From Octopus vulgaris (taxonomy: Eukaryota), in assembly GCA_951406725.2 (NCBI GenBank), contig OX597822.1, forward strand, positions 45,446,001 through 45,510,000: a DNA stretch of 64,000 bases. Reading direction: 5' to 3'. The position numbers and the translations under genes were made by a program. Each line of letters opens with the position of its first letter. Positions within the stretch are counted from its first letter, which is position 1. The notes under the pieces were generated by a model. The model saw only the letters and a program-made list of their open reading frames with translations, did not search any database and was not told the DNA's origin. Shown here one piece after another: positions 12,658 to 26,510 of the stretch.

Positions 12658-13206
12658 AATGTAAGTCCGTGTGTTAGTCTTTGTGGATGATGAATCCTAC
12701 ATTGGGAGTGGTAACGTCTAGGGTACTGTAGCTGACTGCTTATTGTGATCATTCGTCTTTTGGTTTCCTGTAGCTTTGCTCTCTTTTACAAACCCAGTGA
12801 ACATATATTTCCTATTTCAAAGAAATTCAAACAATAGATATAAGACCCAAGTAAAAAAGATTCTCAACAATTCAACTTCTCTAATTGGCATTAAGATGCC
12901 CACCCCCAACAGGGGCCTTAACTCTCACATTTTAGAGCTCTATGACCTTCATTTTTCAGGAGCAAAATCTTTTTAACAGGTTCAATAAGACTGGAATTTT
13001 GGAATAATCGCATAGAAATCAGTAGTATGGGATATATGTGGCACGATTACAATTTTTGAGAGGTGTGCAAAGAGGGAAATAACCCTCATCTGCAATTTTG
13101 ATGAATTTTCGAAACATAGATATTCCAGTTCATTAGAGAAAATATAACAGAAAAATCTAATTCTTCAATTGTATGTAACACGGGCAACGCCGGATATTTC
13201 TGCTAG
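12650..13206 (+). mobile_element. Non-autonomous Helitron
   Basis: 3' end CGGGCAACGCCGGATATTTCTGCTAG|T (hairpin plus CTAG), like the ends in the 27.3-28.5 kb array; 5' boundary uncertain. Confidence 0.65.
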
Positions 13207-13227
13207 TATGTATATATATATATATAT

Positions 13228-13267
<40 letters not shown>

Positions 13268-13270
<3 letters not shown>

Positions 13271-13788
13271 TTTATAAAAAAGAAGTTTGAAAACACCACT
13301 ATATAAGATAAATTTTAATTTTCTTAGAAATTTTACATGTTTCGGTTCTTCTTGAAAAAACGAACCTTATCAAAAATATTTTAAAAAGTTAAGTGTAATA
13401 AAAAAGTTCATAATTGTTTCTTACTGGTCTCAACAGAATCCACGTGGTGGTTTTTTGTGGGGAGTAAACATAATAGCTGTCTTATGTGTTCGAATCCGAC
13501 TAAGGTAATGGTCAGTGGCTGAAATCAGTAAGAAACAATGATGAACTTTTTTATTACACTTAACTTTAAATTTACAGCTATTATGCTTACTCCCCACAAA
13601 AAACCACCACGTGGATTCTGTTGAGACCAGTAAGAAACAATTATGAACTTTTTTTATTACCCTTAACTTTTTAAAATATTTTTGATAAGGTTCGTTTTTT
13701 CAAGAAGGACCGAAACATGTAAAATTTCTAAGAAAATTAAAATTTATCTTATATAGTGGCGTTTTCAAACTTCTTTTTTTATAAATAT
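13268..13788. repeat. Long inverted repeat (~213-bp arms, 13268-13480 / 13574-13788) with a U3-A8 hammerhead motif in each arm
   Basis: Arms differ at only a few sites; AUUU-UUGAUAA-GGUUC..GRACC-GAAAC-AU-GUA-AAAU. Confidence 0.85.
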
Positions 13789-13817
13789 ATACCCACTCGT
13801 ATACTACCTACACTTAT

Positions 13818-13885
<68 letters not shown>

Positions 13886-13889
<4 letters not shown>

Positions 13890-14451
13890 GTCGTCTAGAA
13901 AGTTCGTGCCGATTTATAGCAGCTTACCTTTCGACTTATTTTAGATCATGATTGAGTCCATAAAATAGGATTTGACTACACCTCCCTTTAGAGCACAGTT
14001 TAAGCTATCTTTTCGTGGAAGAAGGTTTATGTTCCTATAGCCTGTGTTAATTCTGTAACCCTTTAAAATGGAAGATAAGAAAGTTCATTTTCGGCACTTG
14101 ATGCTTTGGGAACCAGACAAAAATTGCTGCAGCTCGGCTGGGATGTGTTACCCCACCTTTCATATTCACCAGATATTGCTCCTTCGGATTTTCACTTATT
14201 CAGGTCTCTGCAGAATAATCTTAATGGTAAAAATTTCAATTCCTTGGATGACGTAAAAAGATACCTTGATAAATTCTTTGCCTTGAAACCACCTCAGTTC
14301 TGGGAAGATGGTATTTTCAAGTTAAAGGAAAGATGGAGACGCATTGTGCAACCAAGTGGTTCATATTTGGTTGATTAAAAATGTAATGGCAAGTATTTAT
14401 TGACCTTTTTCTTTCATTTAAAAATCGGCACGAACTTTCCGGACAACCCAA
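13886..14451 (+). mobile_element. Internally deleted mariner transposon (566 bp)
   Basis: 30-bp TIRs (26/30 match), TA on both sides; N-terminal MEDKKVHFRHLMLWE joined out of frame to C-terminal WDVLPHLSYSPDIAPSDFHLFRSLQNNL...RWRRIVQPSGSYLVD*. Confidence 0.93.
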
Positions 14452-14462
14452 TATACATATAT

Positions 14463-14529
<67 letters not shown>

Positions 14530-14655
14530 TGTATATTTATTCTATCCAGTTACATATCAGTATAGTGGTCATTTGCAAACTCCAACTTTCATTTCTCCTT
14601 AGCCCTCACGTCACACAGTTGTTAATGTTTATTTCAGTTGGGTCACGCCCTTCCA

Positions 14656-14711
<56 letters not shown>

Positions 14712-16000
14712 TAACATACATACATATGAATGTATATATCGGATTTATACAGTTCAGCAAGTGACCACGTCTGAGGCCACGTGATTAAAATCCAAATAGC
14801 TTTATCGTTGAAGAACCGTTTTAATCGCATAAGAAAACTATTTTCTCTGCTTTTCCTTCATTTCTCGAGCTGCCAAAATTTCGCTGACCTTTGACACAGT
14901 TCCAATATAATATCATAATGATAACTACTGCAGCTAACGAAGAGACCTCTATTTAGTTTGGCCATCTGCTAGAAATAGGTGCTATAGTACTCTCCACTCT
15001 CACAACTTGTCTTCGCTAATGTTTGTCCTAAATACATATCGCCTGAGAGAAAGAATTGTTGGTCGTGGTTGGAGCGCTTATAATCATAGGTCTGTTCAAT
15101 TAGTGCTGACCTGCAGCTAAACCAAGAACAACAACAAGAATGGCAATAACAACAACAACAACGCATCAATGCCTTCACAGCGGTTTTTTTTTTTTTTGTT
15201 TCTTTACTTTTTTCGTTTCGCTAATGAGTTCCATTCTAGGTTTTTGTCCATTTACTAAATCTGTAGATGTTAGTAGCCTCGAGGCTGTGACAATTGGGTG
15301 TTGTGGCGAAGGAGCGGCGGTGTAAGGAGGTACGTAATTGGAGTTGTGTGCTCTGAAGTGATATCGATGAAGATGGCGGCGGCGGCGGTGGTTGTGTGGT
15401 GGTGGTGGTGGTGGTGGGTGGTAATGCTAGCATACTGTGGACGTGTTGATGCGTGATAAGGTGATAGTGAAGCAGAGGAATGCTGAGGCGTGGGGAGGTG
15501 TGTGAAGGTGATTTGATCTACGTAGTTTTACAGAGGCAGGTGGTGTGAGGGTGGCGGTGGTGGTTGTCGTGGTTGTCGTAGTGGTAGTAGTGGTGGTAGT
15601 GTGATGTGATGGCGCCTGATATGGACGTGATGGTAAACTGGAGAGGTACGAACGTGTACGGCAGTAGCGCATAGAAGTGTATAAAGGTAGCGAGGTGGAG
15701 AAGCGTTCGATTTCAGACAACACACACACACACACGTAATACATAACGCACATACATACATATATACATACAGGTGTCCCAAAAATGTATGCTGCCCACA
15801 GTGGATGATTATGAAGTCAGTGTATGTAAATATATATATATACGCATGGATATATAAATATATATATATGCATGTATGCATGTATATATATATGTATATG
15901 TATTTGTGAATATGTATGTATATATACATATGTATATATATATGTATATATATATGTATATGTATTTGTGAATATGTATGTATATATACATATGTATATA

Positions 16001-16037
<37 letters not shown>

Positions 16038-16272
16038 CTATATATATATAATTATATAATTATATATATACATATATATATATATGTATATATATATGTA
16101 CATACACATATATATATATATATGTTTATATACACACACATAAAAGCATAAATTTCACATATAGTCCAGCATTTCACTGTGCTCTACAGCTGTTTCAATG
16201 CCACAAACCTTAATTAGTTACATAAAGACATAATTCATTTAATAGTGATACGTTATCCATTCATCTGGATGC

Positions 16273-16329
<57 letters not shown>

Positions 16330-16330
<1 letters not shown>

Positions 16331-16746
16331 TTTTTACTCTCTCTCTTTTACTCTTTTACTTATTTCATTCATTTGACTGCGGCCATGCTGGAGCACCGCC
16401 TTTAGTCGATGAAATCGACCCCAGGACTTATTCTTTGTAAGCTTAGTACTTATTGTATCGGTCACTTTTACCGAACCGCTAACTTACGGGGACGTAAACA
16501 CACCAGCATCGGTTGTCAAGCGATGTTGGTCGGACAAACACAGCACACAAACATACACACATATACATACACATATATATATATATAGATATACGACGGG
16601 CTTCTTTCAGTTTCCGTCTACCAAATCCACTCACAAGGGTTTGGTCGGCCCGAGGCTATAGTAGAAGACACTTGCCTAAGGTGCCACGCAGTGGGACTAA
16701 ACCCAGAACCATGAGGTTGGTAAACAAGCAACATACAACACAGCCA
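16330..16746 (-). mobile_element. SINE A, near full length
   Basis: Aligns with 326-732. Confidence 0.9.
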
Positions 16747-16855
16747 ATATATATATAGTTAATCCAAACAAGAAAGCACAAAAAAACACAACAACGCGAG
16801 GACGTGGAACAAATATAGTATTATTGGACACTCAGGAAAGAAGGAAAGAAGGAGG

Positions 16856-16890
16856 GTTTAACGTTTCGAGCGGAGCTCTTCGTCGGAAAC
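16856..16890 (-). ncRNA. Degenerate minimal hammerhead motif (U4C)
   Basis: GUUU-CCGACGA-A-GAGC-UCC-GCUC-GAAACGU-U-AAAC; a paralog lies at 19444-19478 (+). Confidence 0.5.
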
Positions 16891-17162
16891 ATAGGAGAAG
16901 GAAAGATCCAGAGAAGGGAAGACAGAGGGAAAAAATTGCCAAGGTCGAAGATGCTTAACTAGCTGTCGATTCACTTCATGCTACATATGTGTCAATATCA
17001 TGGCCACATATTTGTATGTTATGCGTTGCATTATTTTTGTTATTTCAATATGCTTTATTGCTATTAGATAGCCCTGAAAGATTCATCAGTATTCATCTGG
17101 TCTACCAAACCTGGTGGAGTGCTACTGAGCTGATAACAGGGATCGCGATCGTTCACATCTTC

Positions 17163-17219
<57 letters not shown>

Positions 17220-17264
17220 AAACAAGTCAAAATAGAAAATGCTAAAATAATTTTATAAAGAAAA

Positions 17265-17308
17265 TTTCAGTACCGGTTTCGGTCATTTTGAGACCTTTTC
17301 AACTGTAA
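17265..17308 (-). ncRNA. Minimal hammerhead motif with U3-A8 core
   Basis: UUACAG-UUGAAAA-GGUC-UCAAAAU-GACC-GAAAC-CG-GUA-CUGAAA; all three stems form. Confidence 0.65.
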
Positions 17309-17864
17309 CGATTAAATAATTAAATTTAGAAAAATTAGAAGAAAAGTTTTTTTAAAGGAATATTTGTATAGTGTTCAAATATAAGTGGCATTCTGCCTTT
17401 CTCTGTCTCCCTTAGTTGCACTTGTGTGTTCGAATCAGTGGTGACTCCGACACTCAGGATTTTCGGGTGTAGCCCGAGTATAAATTTAATAAAGTGAACG
17501 TGTATTTGCAAACTGATTTAATTTCTGCCAACACTGACTTCAAGTATGTAATTGCAGCCAATAACTCGATCTCCTTTTATCGAGCCTGGTCACAGTTTAT
17601 TTATTTTTGTTCAGCGTCTGGCAGTCGTCTTAGAGGTGCCCTGTGTCAGAAAATATCATTTGTAGCTGACGTTCTCTCGACATTGTTCACACGCGCCTGA
17701 CTCGGGCTCAGAAGTTACAGCCCGAGTTGTTATCTATAATCGTAAAAATCAGAAGTAATTCAAATTCGATGTTTTCTTGAAACAATAAATTTCTAATGAG
17801 ATTAGGATTTAAATTCTAATCTATGAAAAGTTTCCGTTCTACAATATTCATAAATGAACATTCC

Positions 17865-18000
17865 GCCGACGTCGACTTTGACTTTGCCTTTCATCATTTC
17901 GGGGTCGATAAATTAAGTATCAGTTGCGTACTGGGGTCGATCTAATCCTCTGGCCCCTGTCTCCCTTCCACAAAAGTTGTGCCTAGAGCAGAAAAGAATA
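17865..18000 (+). mobile_element. MetaSINE-type family C, 3' part
   Basis: GACTTTGCCTTTCATCATTTCGGGGTCGATAAATTAAGTA (Meta-domain-like). Confidence 0.75.
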
Positions 18001-18019
18001 TTCTTAAAGGAACGAAAAA

Positions 18020-18290
18020 TTATCCAGTAACTCGAGCTCACACAAACGAGCCTGGTAGGTATAAAGGACCGGCATTTCTTGTCAAGAGTACAGGTGACAG
18101 TCAGATCGCTGATGTTTGTTGTACAACCTACTGTCGTTATTTCTTTGCTGTTATCCAGTAACTCGGGTTAATACGAACGAGCTTGGTATGTGTAAAAGAC
18201 TAAATGGCATCTCTTGTCAAGAGTACAGGCGACAATCATATCGCTGATGTTTGTTGTGTATTCTGGTGTCATTATGTGATTGCTGTTATT
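18020..18290 (+). repeat. Two diverged tandem copies of a ~131-bp unit
   Basis: TTATCCAGTAACTCG and TCTTGTCAAGAGTACAGG each recur once at about this spacing. Confidence 0.8.
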
Positions 18291-18492
18291 CTGTTCGTCT
18301 GTGTGTAAAGATCAGTTGTGTTTTGCAGAGTTGCTTTATTTTAGCCTTAACTTAGAAATGGAGAAAGACGTAGTGATAGATAAAAAAAATAATAAACCAT
18401 TGGGGGGCTAGAGATAAAGCGGGAAAATGTGAAATTCTTCGAACAGGTATGTGTCTTATGCGAAATCTGTGACGCACATGACATGGAGTCAC

Positions 18493-18549
<57 letters not shown>

Positions 18550-18720
18550 CATCCTTGGCTTTGTTATCTCATTCTGTCTAATATGTACATGCATGACAAT
18601 ACAAGACCCACATTAGACTCCTGACACGTATCATTATCGAACCAAGAGTTTTACTACAGTCTGTCCATAGCACTTACTTAGCGTTACCTGACACTCTTTG
18701 GGTCTTCTAGATACCAATAC

Positions 18721-18772
<52 letters not shown>

Positions 18773-18777
<5 letters not shown>

Positions 18778-19013
18778 AAAATAAGACAAGGTACAAAAAG
18801 GTTCAAAATGATAAAATAATTTTATCATGAAGAACATTTTAGTACTGGTTTCAGTCTTTGCTACTTTTTCAACTTGGAGCAAAGCATGAAAAACAATTAA
18901 ATTGTGGGAAAATCAAATTGAATTAAGTTGAAAAAGTTGCAAAAACAGAAAACGGTAATAAAATGTTCTTCATGATAAAATTATTTTGGCATTTTCTACC
19001 TTGTCTTATTTTC

Positions 19014-19016
<3 letters not shown>
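18773..19016. repeat. Diverged inverted repeat (~95-bp arms) with decayed U3-A8 hammerhead motifs
   Basis: 18773-18875 versus 18924-19016; minus arm reads AG-UUGAAAA-AGU..ACU-GAAAC-CA-GUA-CU. Confidence 0.7.
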
Positions 19017-19051
<35 letters not shown>

Positions 19052-19102
19052 AGATGTACTCGCATAGCAAGTAATTTGATCTGAGATCGTGTGCTGAAAC
19101 GA

Positions 19103-19382
<280 letters not shown>

Positions 19383-20199
19383 CCACATATGAATTGTTGG
19401 CGATTTTCTTCCTCCGTCTTCCTTTTCTATTGTACTTTCTTCTGTTTCTGAAAAAGAGCTCTGCTCGAAACGTTAAATCATCTTTCTTTCCTTCCCTGGG
19501 CGTCTGCTAATACTTTACATGTATCACGTCCTGGCATTGTTGTTTTTTTTGTGGGGGTGGATTTACTATATATATATATATATATATATATAGCACAGCT
19601 TTGAATTTTTTAATCCAACAAATCGGTCCCCGTATTTTTTTTAAAATCCTGATACTTATTCTTAGATGTTTGTTTATAAAACTGTTCTTACATTCCAAAA
19701 GCTATTATTTGGCGTTCAAAAGAAAACGAACGTATTTTTCTCTCGTGGATCGTTTAGCTCAGTGGTACAGATCGCTCATCTGCAATTTGACAGATAAAGA
19801 CTTCGAGTCTCTGCAGCGTGTTGGTGACCACTTTCTTTTTCCGACTGTAAGGGTATTTTACACGATCCTCTAGGCTGTTTTCACGCCTATTCTCTTGCGT
19901 TCGAAATTTCCTTCATTTCTGAAAGACTTATTCAATCAGTGTGTCTTGCCCAACCGCTAGGTTATGAAAACGTAAACTCACCAACACCGGTCGTCAATCG
20001 GTGATGGGGAACAAACACAGACACAAAGGCACATATATGTGTGTATGTGTGTGTGAGAAGTTGGAGGTGGTGGTGGTGGTGGTGGTTGGGGTTAATTCAC
20101 ACATTCAAATAAACACCTCATTGTAGAACTTTTTCAACCAAACTTGGATAACGGCGAATATAGAAGTCGATGCAACGTAGCCACTGATTATAAGACAAA

Positions 20200-20322
20200 A
20201 TTACGTTAAGGGTACGCGTGTCTGTGGAGTACTCAACCACTTTCACGCTAAATGCAAGAGCTGGCTGTTTCGTTGATTGGATCAACTGGAACCCTCGTCG
20301 TCGTAACCGACGGAATGCCAGT
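20200..20322 (+). mobile_element. SINE B 3' tail fragment
   Basis: TTAAGGGTACGCGTGTCTGTGGAGTAC...CGTCGTAACCGACGGAATG. Confidence 0.8.
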
Positions 20323-20632
20323 CTTTGATTTGTTGTTTGCTGTGAAAGTCACAGAAGAGTTAAACACGACGTCGGCCACCAAGGGTCGAATGCAGAACCA
20401 TGAAGTTGCTGCAGTAAGGTATTTCTATTCCAGTACTTTACAGATTCTACCTGCCCCACCACTACCACCACCACCGCCACCTTTCGGCCGAATGTTGTAT
20501 TAATAGCAGCAGTTTTTCTCATCGATATTTCTCTGACCTTCTCTATAAATGCTATATCAAAGTAGATTTATCATCCGTTAAGTAGAGATATCTCACAGAC
20601 CGTTCCTAAAGACGAGGTAAATATATCTACAG

Positions 20633-20668
<36 letters not shown>

Positions 20669-20785
20669 ATATGCGTGTGTGTATGTGTGTTCATATACAC
20701 ATACACATACACATGTATATATATATATACATATACACATGTATATATATACATATGCACAAGTATATATATACATATACACATG

Positions 20786-20851
<66 letters not shown>

Positions 20852-21187
20852 TTCAATAACATCAAGAAGTTCTTGATATGTCTGTGACGTGTGGTCGACT
20901 GTGTGTGTATATGTGTACCCAGATGTATATATGTGTGTGTGTGTGTGCACGCGTTTGTCTACAACACAGAGATACAAACTCTACGGGCGGACACACACAC
21001 GTACGCATAGACATATATGCATATATACATGTGTATGTAGTGTATTTATATACGTGTACCTATATACATATATATGTGCATATATAAGGGTATGCATGTG
21101 TGTGTGTGTGTGTGGATATATATATATACGTATATACATGCATACACACACATACATATATATGTGTATGTGTGTGTATGTGTGTGT

Positions 21188-21246
<59 letters not shown>

Positions 21247-21619
21247 TGTGAATGTATATAAATCGATGGTAAATCTGTTAATATCACATTGTTGCATATC
21301 GATATCAAACAACTCGTGTCTATATCGATCCATGCAATGAATACTGTTGAAGAATACGATAGTTCTGTATTCCAGGCCAATAAACGTCTCTCACGGACGA
21401 TAAAACACTTCGTTGCCGAACCAAAATCACTCACTTCTCAAAATACTGCACAGACTCTTCTGCCTTCCTTCCTTCTTTCCTTCTTTCCCTCCTTCCTTTC
21501 TTCCTCTCCTTTTTTTTTTTGTCTTTCTATGTTTCTTTATTTTGTTTTCGTCTTTTGTTTTTCTTTTCATTTCAGTTCTTGTTTAGTGATTTGTTTCATG
21601 TTGTGGCTACTACTGCTGC

Positions 21620-22545
<926 letters not shown>

Positions 22546-22707
22546 AGAGGAAGCAGAGGCAGAGATGTTGTTGTTGCTGTTGGCAACCACATCGTCATCC
22601 TCTTCTATTTGTACTTCCTGCTCCTTTGCTGCACCTCACTTCCGCTTTCCAAACGTTTCGCCTTGTTTTCTGTTGATGTTCCTTTTTTTTCTTTTAAGTA
22701 GGATCTG

Positions 22708-22844
22708 AACTTTATTTCATCGACCCCCGAAGAGATGGAACTCAAAGTCGATTTCGGTGGAATTTGAACTCAGAACGTAAGGACGGACGAAATGCCGCTA
22801 AGCATTTTGTTCGGCATGCTAGCGATTATGCCAACACGCCGTCT

Positions 22845-22886
<42 letters not shown>

Positions 22887-23025
22887 CTTTTCAACTATAG
22901 ACACCAGGCCTGAAATTTTGGGGGGAGGAGACGAGTCGATTACATCAACCCCAGTGTGTTACTGGTACTTAATTTATCGACCCTGAAAGGATGAAAAGCA
23001 AAGTCGAACCCGGCGGAATTTAAAC
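22708..23025 (-). mobile_element. Two tandem family C (MetaSINE-type) fragments joined by (TAA)n
   Basis: Head at 22708-22845 and tail at 22886-23025. Confidence 0.78.
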
Positions 23026-23026
23026 A

Positions 23027-23147
<121 letters not shown>

Positions 23148-23161
23148 TTAATAATAATAAT

Positions 23162-24863
23162 AGGACACTCTATGAATAAATGGCAAACAGTGCTACAGCT
23201 CCAACAAAAGAGGGACTCGTGAAAACCAAAGCCATCCCCATTAGAAGAGGAATATTCCTGGGAGATACGCTCTCTCCACTCCTTTTCTGCTTGGCACTGT
23301 CACCTCTATCTGATATGCTAAATAGAACTGAATGCGGATATAAATGTCACGGCAAAACGACCAGCCACCTTTTATATATGGATGACCTAAAACTATACGC
23401 TACAAATGACAAACGGCTGGAAACACTACTAAAGACAGTTCATGGATTCACCAAAGAAATAGATATGAAATTTGGATTAGAAAAATGCGCCAAAGAAGAA
23501 AAGAAGAAAACTAGTTAAGAGTAGCAACATCACACTAGATAAAGCCAATGAAATAAGAGAATTAGACCAAAGCCAAACTTTAAAATATTTAGGAATCCAT
23601 GAAATAGATAAGATGCAACACACACAAATGAAAGAGAAAATAAAGAAAGAATACTATAGTCGAGTTAGATCAATACTAAACACAGAGCTCAATGCCAAAA
23701 ACAAGATAATAGGTATTAACACTTCAGCCGTCCCAGTTATAAGTTACAGCTACAATATCCTTAACTGGACGCTAAATGAACTAACCAAAATAGACAGGAA
23801 AACAAGAAAAATAATGATAGGATCTAAGATGCATCACCCAAAATCTGACATAGAAGAAGAAGAAGAAGAAGAAGAAGAAGAAGAAGAAGAAGAAGAAGAA
23901 GAAGAAGAAGAAGAAGAAGAAGAAGAAGAAGAAACAAAAGCTATAAAGCAAATGAAATCAAAACTAAAACTAGAACAGCAACGGACCATGATAAAACGAT
24001 GGCAAGAAAAGCCCCTTCATGGCAAGTACTGGACTAAACTAAATGCAAAAGAAATAGACAAAGAAAAATCCCAGCAGTGGTTGAGAAGCTCGGGACTCAA
24101 AGCGGAGACAGAGGGATGTTTAATTGCAGCACAAGACCAAAGCCTCCCCACCAGAAATTATCAAAAACATGTAATGAAAAGAAATATAACAAGTAACTGC
24201 AGAATATGTGGAGATGGACAAGAAACAATAAATCATATTATCTCTGGCTGCCCAGTCCTGGCAAAGAAGGAATATTTTCACAGACACGACAGAGTTGGGA
24301 CCTACATACACTGGAAGCTATGCCAACATTATGGAATAACAACAGAAAAAAGATGGTATAGGCACACACTAGAAAAGGTCACGGAAAACGAGAAAGCAAC
24401 CATACTCTGGGATATGCCAATACACACAGATAGAGAAGTTAAGGCCAACAGACCAGATATAGTTGTCAGAGATCATGAAGAAAAAAATGCTTTCTAATTG
24501 ATGTATCAATACCAGCAGATGACAACGTGTCTCTAAAAGAAATGGAGAAACTTTCAAAATACAAAGACCTGGAAATAGAGGTAAATAGAATGTGGAATCT
24601 AAAATCAGAAACAATTCCTATCATAGTAGGTGCATATGGCATGATAAAAAATATTCAGACAAATACATAACAAAAACACCAGGACTTCCAAACACATATA
24701 ACATACAGAAAATTGCACTACTAGGTACTGCACACATCCTACGCAGAACACTTTCAATACAGTAACCGTCAGAGCATCACAACAAATCACAGCACATACC
24801 CAAGGCACACAGAGCTGCGCTCGGCAGTGAAGTGAAAGCACGTTATAAAAATAAAACTACTGA
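23162..24863 (+). mobile_element. 5'-truncated R4/Dong-clade (RLE-type) non-LTR retrotransposon; pseudogenized RT, CCHC and restriction-like endonuclease
   Basis: RRGIFLGDTLSPLLF and HLLYMDDLKLY (RT); CRICGDGQETINHIISGC (CCHC); RHD; NRPDIVVRD..LIDVSIP..K..KYKDL (RLE); stop at 24763-24765; flanked by (TAA)n on both sides. Confidence 0.93.
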
Positions 24864-24890
24864 ATGATGATGATGATGATGATGATGATG

Positions 24891-24990
<100 letters not shown>

Positions 24991-25004
24991 TGATGATGAT
25001 GATA

Positions 25005-25475
25005 ACAATGTATGTATATTGATTGAGGTGAGCATACCCTATGACCATAACATTTTGGCAAAAAAAGTTGATAAACTCAGAAAATTTAAAGATTTGCTAA
25101 TCGAAATCGAAAAGATGTTGCATCTCAAGACGGTTACAATACCAGTGATTGTAGGAGCACTTGGGAATGATCACAAAAGGAACTGAAAATTATTTAAGAA
25201 TGATCCCTGGCTTACCATCCATGCAGGAGGTGCAAAAGATTGTCTTAACTGGTACGTGACACGTACTGAGAAGAACATTGTCACTGTGAATTTTGTTTGC
25301 TCTCACCACTTTTATTTTCTTTGTATTTTTTTCCTTTTTCTTTCTGTTGTTCTTCTCCTTTTCCTCTATCACATGACTGTGTAAATGAACAATCTGGTGT
25401 GATAATTTTAATGGTCTACCAACGTATACAGTGTCAGGAAGACACTCGGCAAGAAATGGAAACAGAATTGAAACA
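25005..25475 (+). mobile_element. Second R4/Dong-like 3' fragment (different subfamily)
   Basis: LIEVSIPYDHNILAKKVDKLRKFKDLLIEIEKMLHLKTVTIPVIVGALG...LRRTLSL*, followed by (TAA)n. Confidence 0.85.
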
Positions 25476-25554
25476 TAATAATAATAATAATCACAATGAT
25501 AATAATAATAATAATAATAATTAATTCTTTTTATTGGCCACAATAGTAATAATG

Positions 25555-25631
<77 letters not shown>

Positions 25632-25789
25632 TTCTCCCGCCGAAGACGACGTATGAGCGTTCCGCTTTTGCCGAACGAGCTGCACAAATGATTTGTTTGT
25701 ATGGATCAAATGTTCGTGCCGTACATTAGGTCGATCTCTCCATCAAATCGACGTTGTCTGAATAGGTGCACGGTGTAACACGCGGCAGG

Positions 25790-25893
25790 TGTTGAAGTGT
25801 TTTACTCAAGAATACAACACACTACCAGGTCTAGGAATTGAAATCATAATCGCTAGATCGTGGGCGCAACATCCTAACCACTAAGCCATACGC
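25790..25893 (-). mobile_element. tRNA-derived SINE head fragment (family B related)
   Basis: Minus GCGTATGGCTTAGTGGTTAGG...TTCAATTCC...CTTGAGTAAAACACTT. Confidence 0.65.
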
Positions 25894-25894
25894 A

Positions 25895-26510
25895 GGGAAA
25901 CCAAAAAACCAAATGAAGTTAAAGATCAGAAAAAAGAACAAAAGTTATCTAACTGGCAAGAGAAGGCTTTGCATGGTAGATTCCTAAAGATAGTTGCAGC
26001 AAATAATGTGACATAATTATGGTTGCAGAAAGGAAGGCTGAAAGGCGAAGCAGAAAGTTTGTTAGCAGCAGCAGGAGATCAAGCATTAAGGACTAATTGG
26101 GTAAAAAGCAAGATAAACAAAAGTCAAGTAGATTGCCAATGTAGGCTATGCAAATCAAAAGAGGAAAGTGTTACTTATAGTAAGTGAATGTAGCATGCTG
26201 GCACTGAAAAAATACAAAAAAGACATGACAATCTAGGGAGAGTAATCCACTGGAAGCTTCGTAGAAATGGTATGAACATGAACCTAGACGGACGGAGTAA
26301 TAGAAGCTAGAAGGGCAGATTTAGTGGTAGTAGATAAAGGGAATAGAAAGTGGGAGATAACTGACTTTACAGTCGCAAATGATGAAAAAGTTAATGAGAG
26401 GTATAGAGAATATAGCAAAGTGCCAGGACCTAGCCGTTTAATTACAGAGACTATGGAAAGTGCGGGAAAAGTATGATAGCAACAACAATAGCAGCAAAAA
26501 CAATAGGTGC
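25895..26510 (+). mobile_element. Third, older R4/Dong-like fragment
   Basis: WQEKALHGRFLK..WLQKGRLKGEAESLLAAAGDQALRTN..CRLCKSKEESV..RHDNLGRVIHWKL; frameshifted. Confidence 0.85.
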
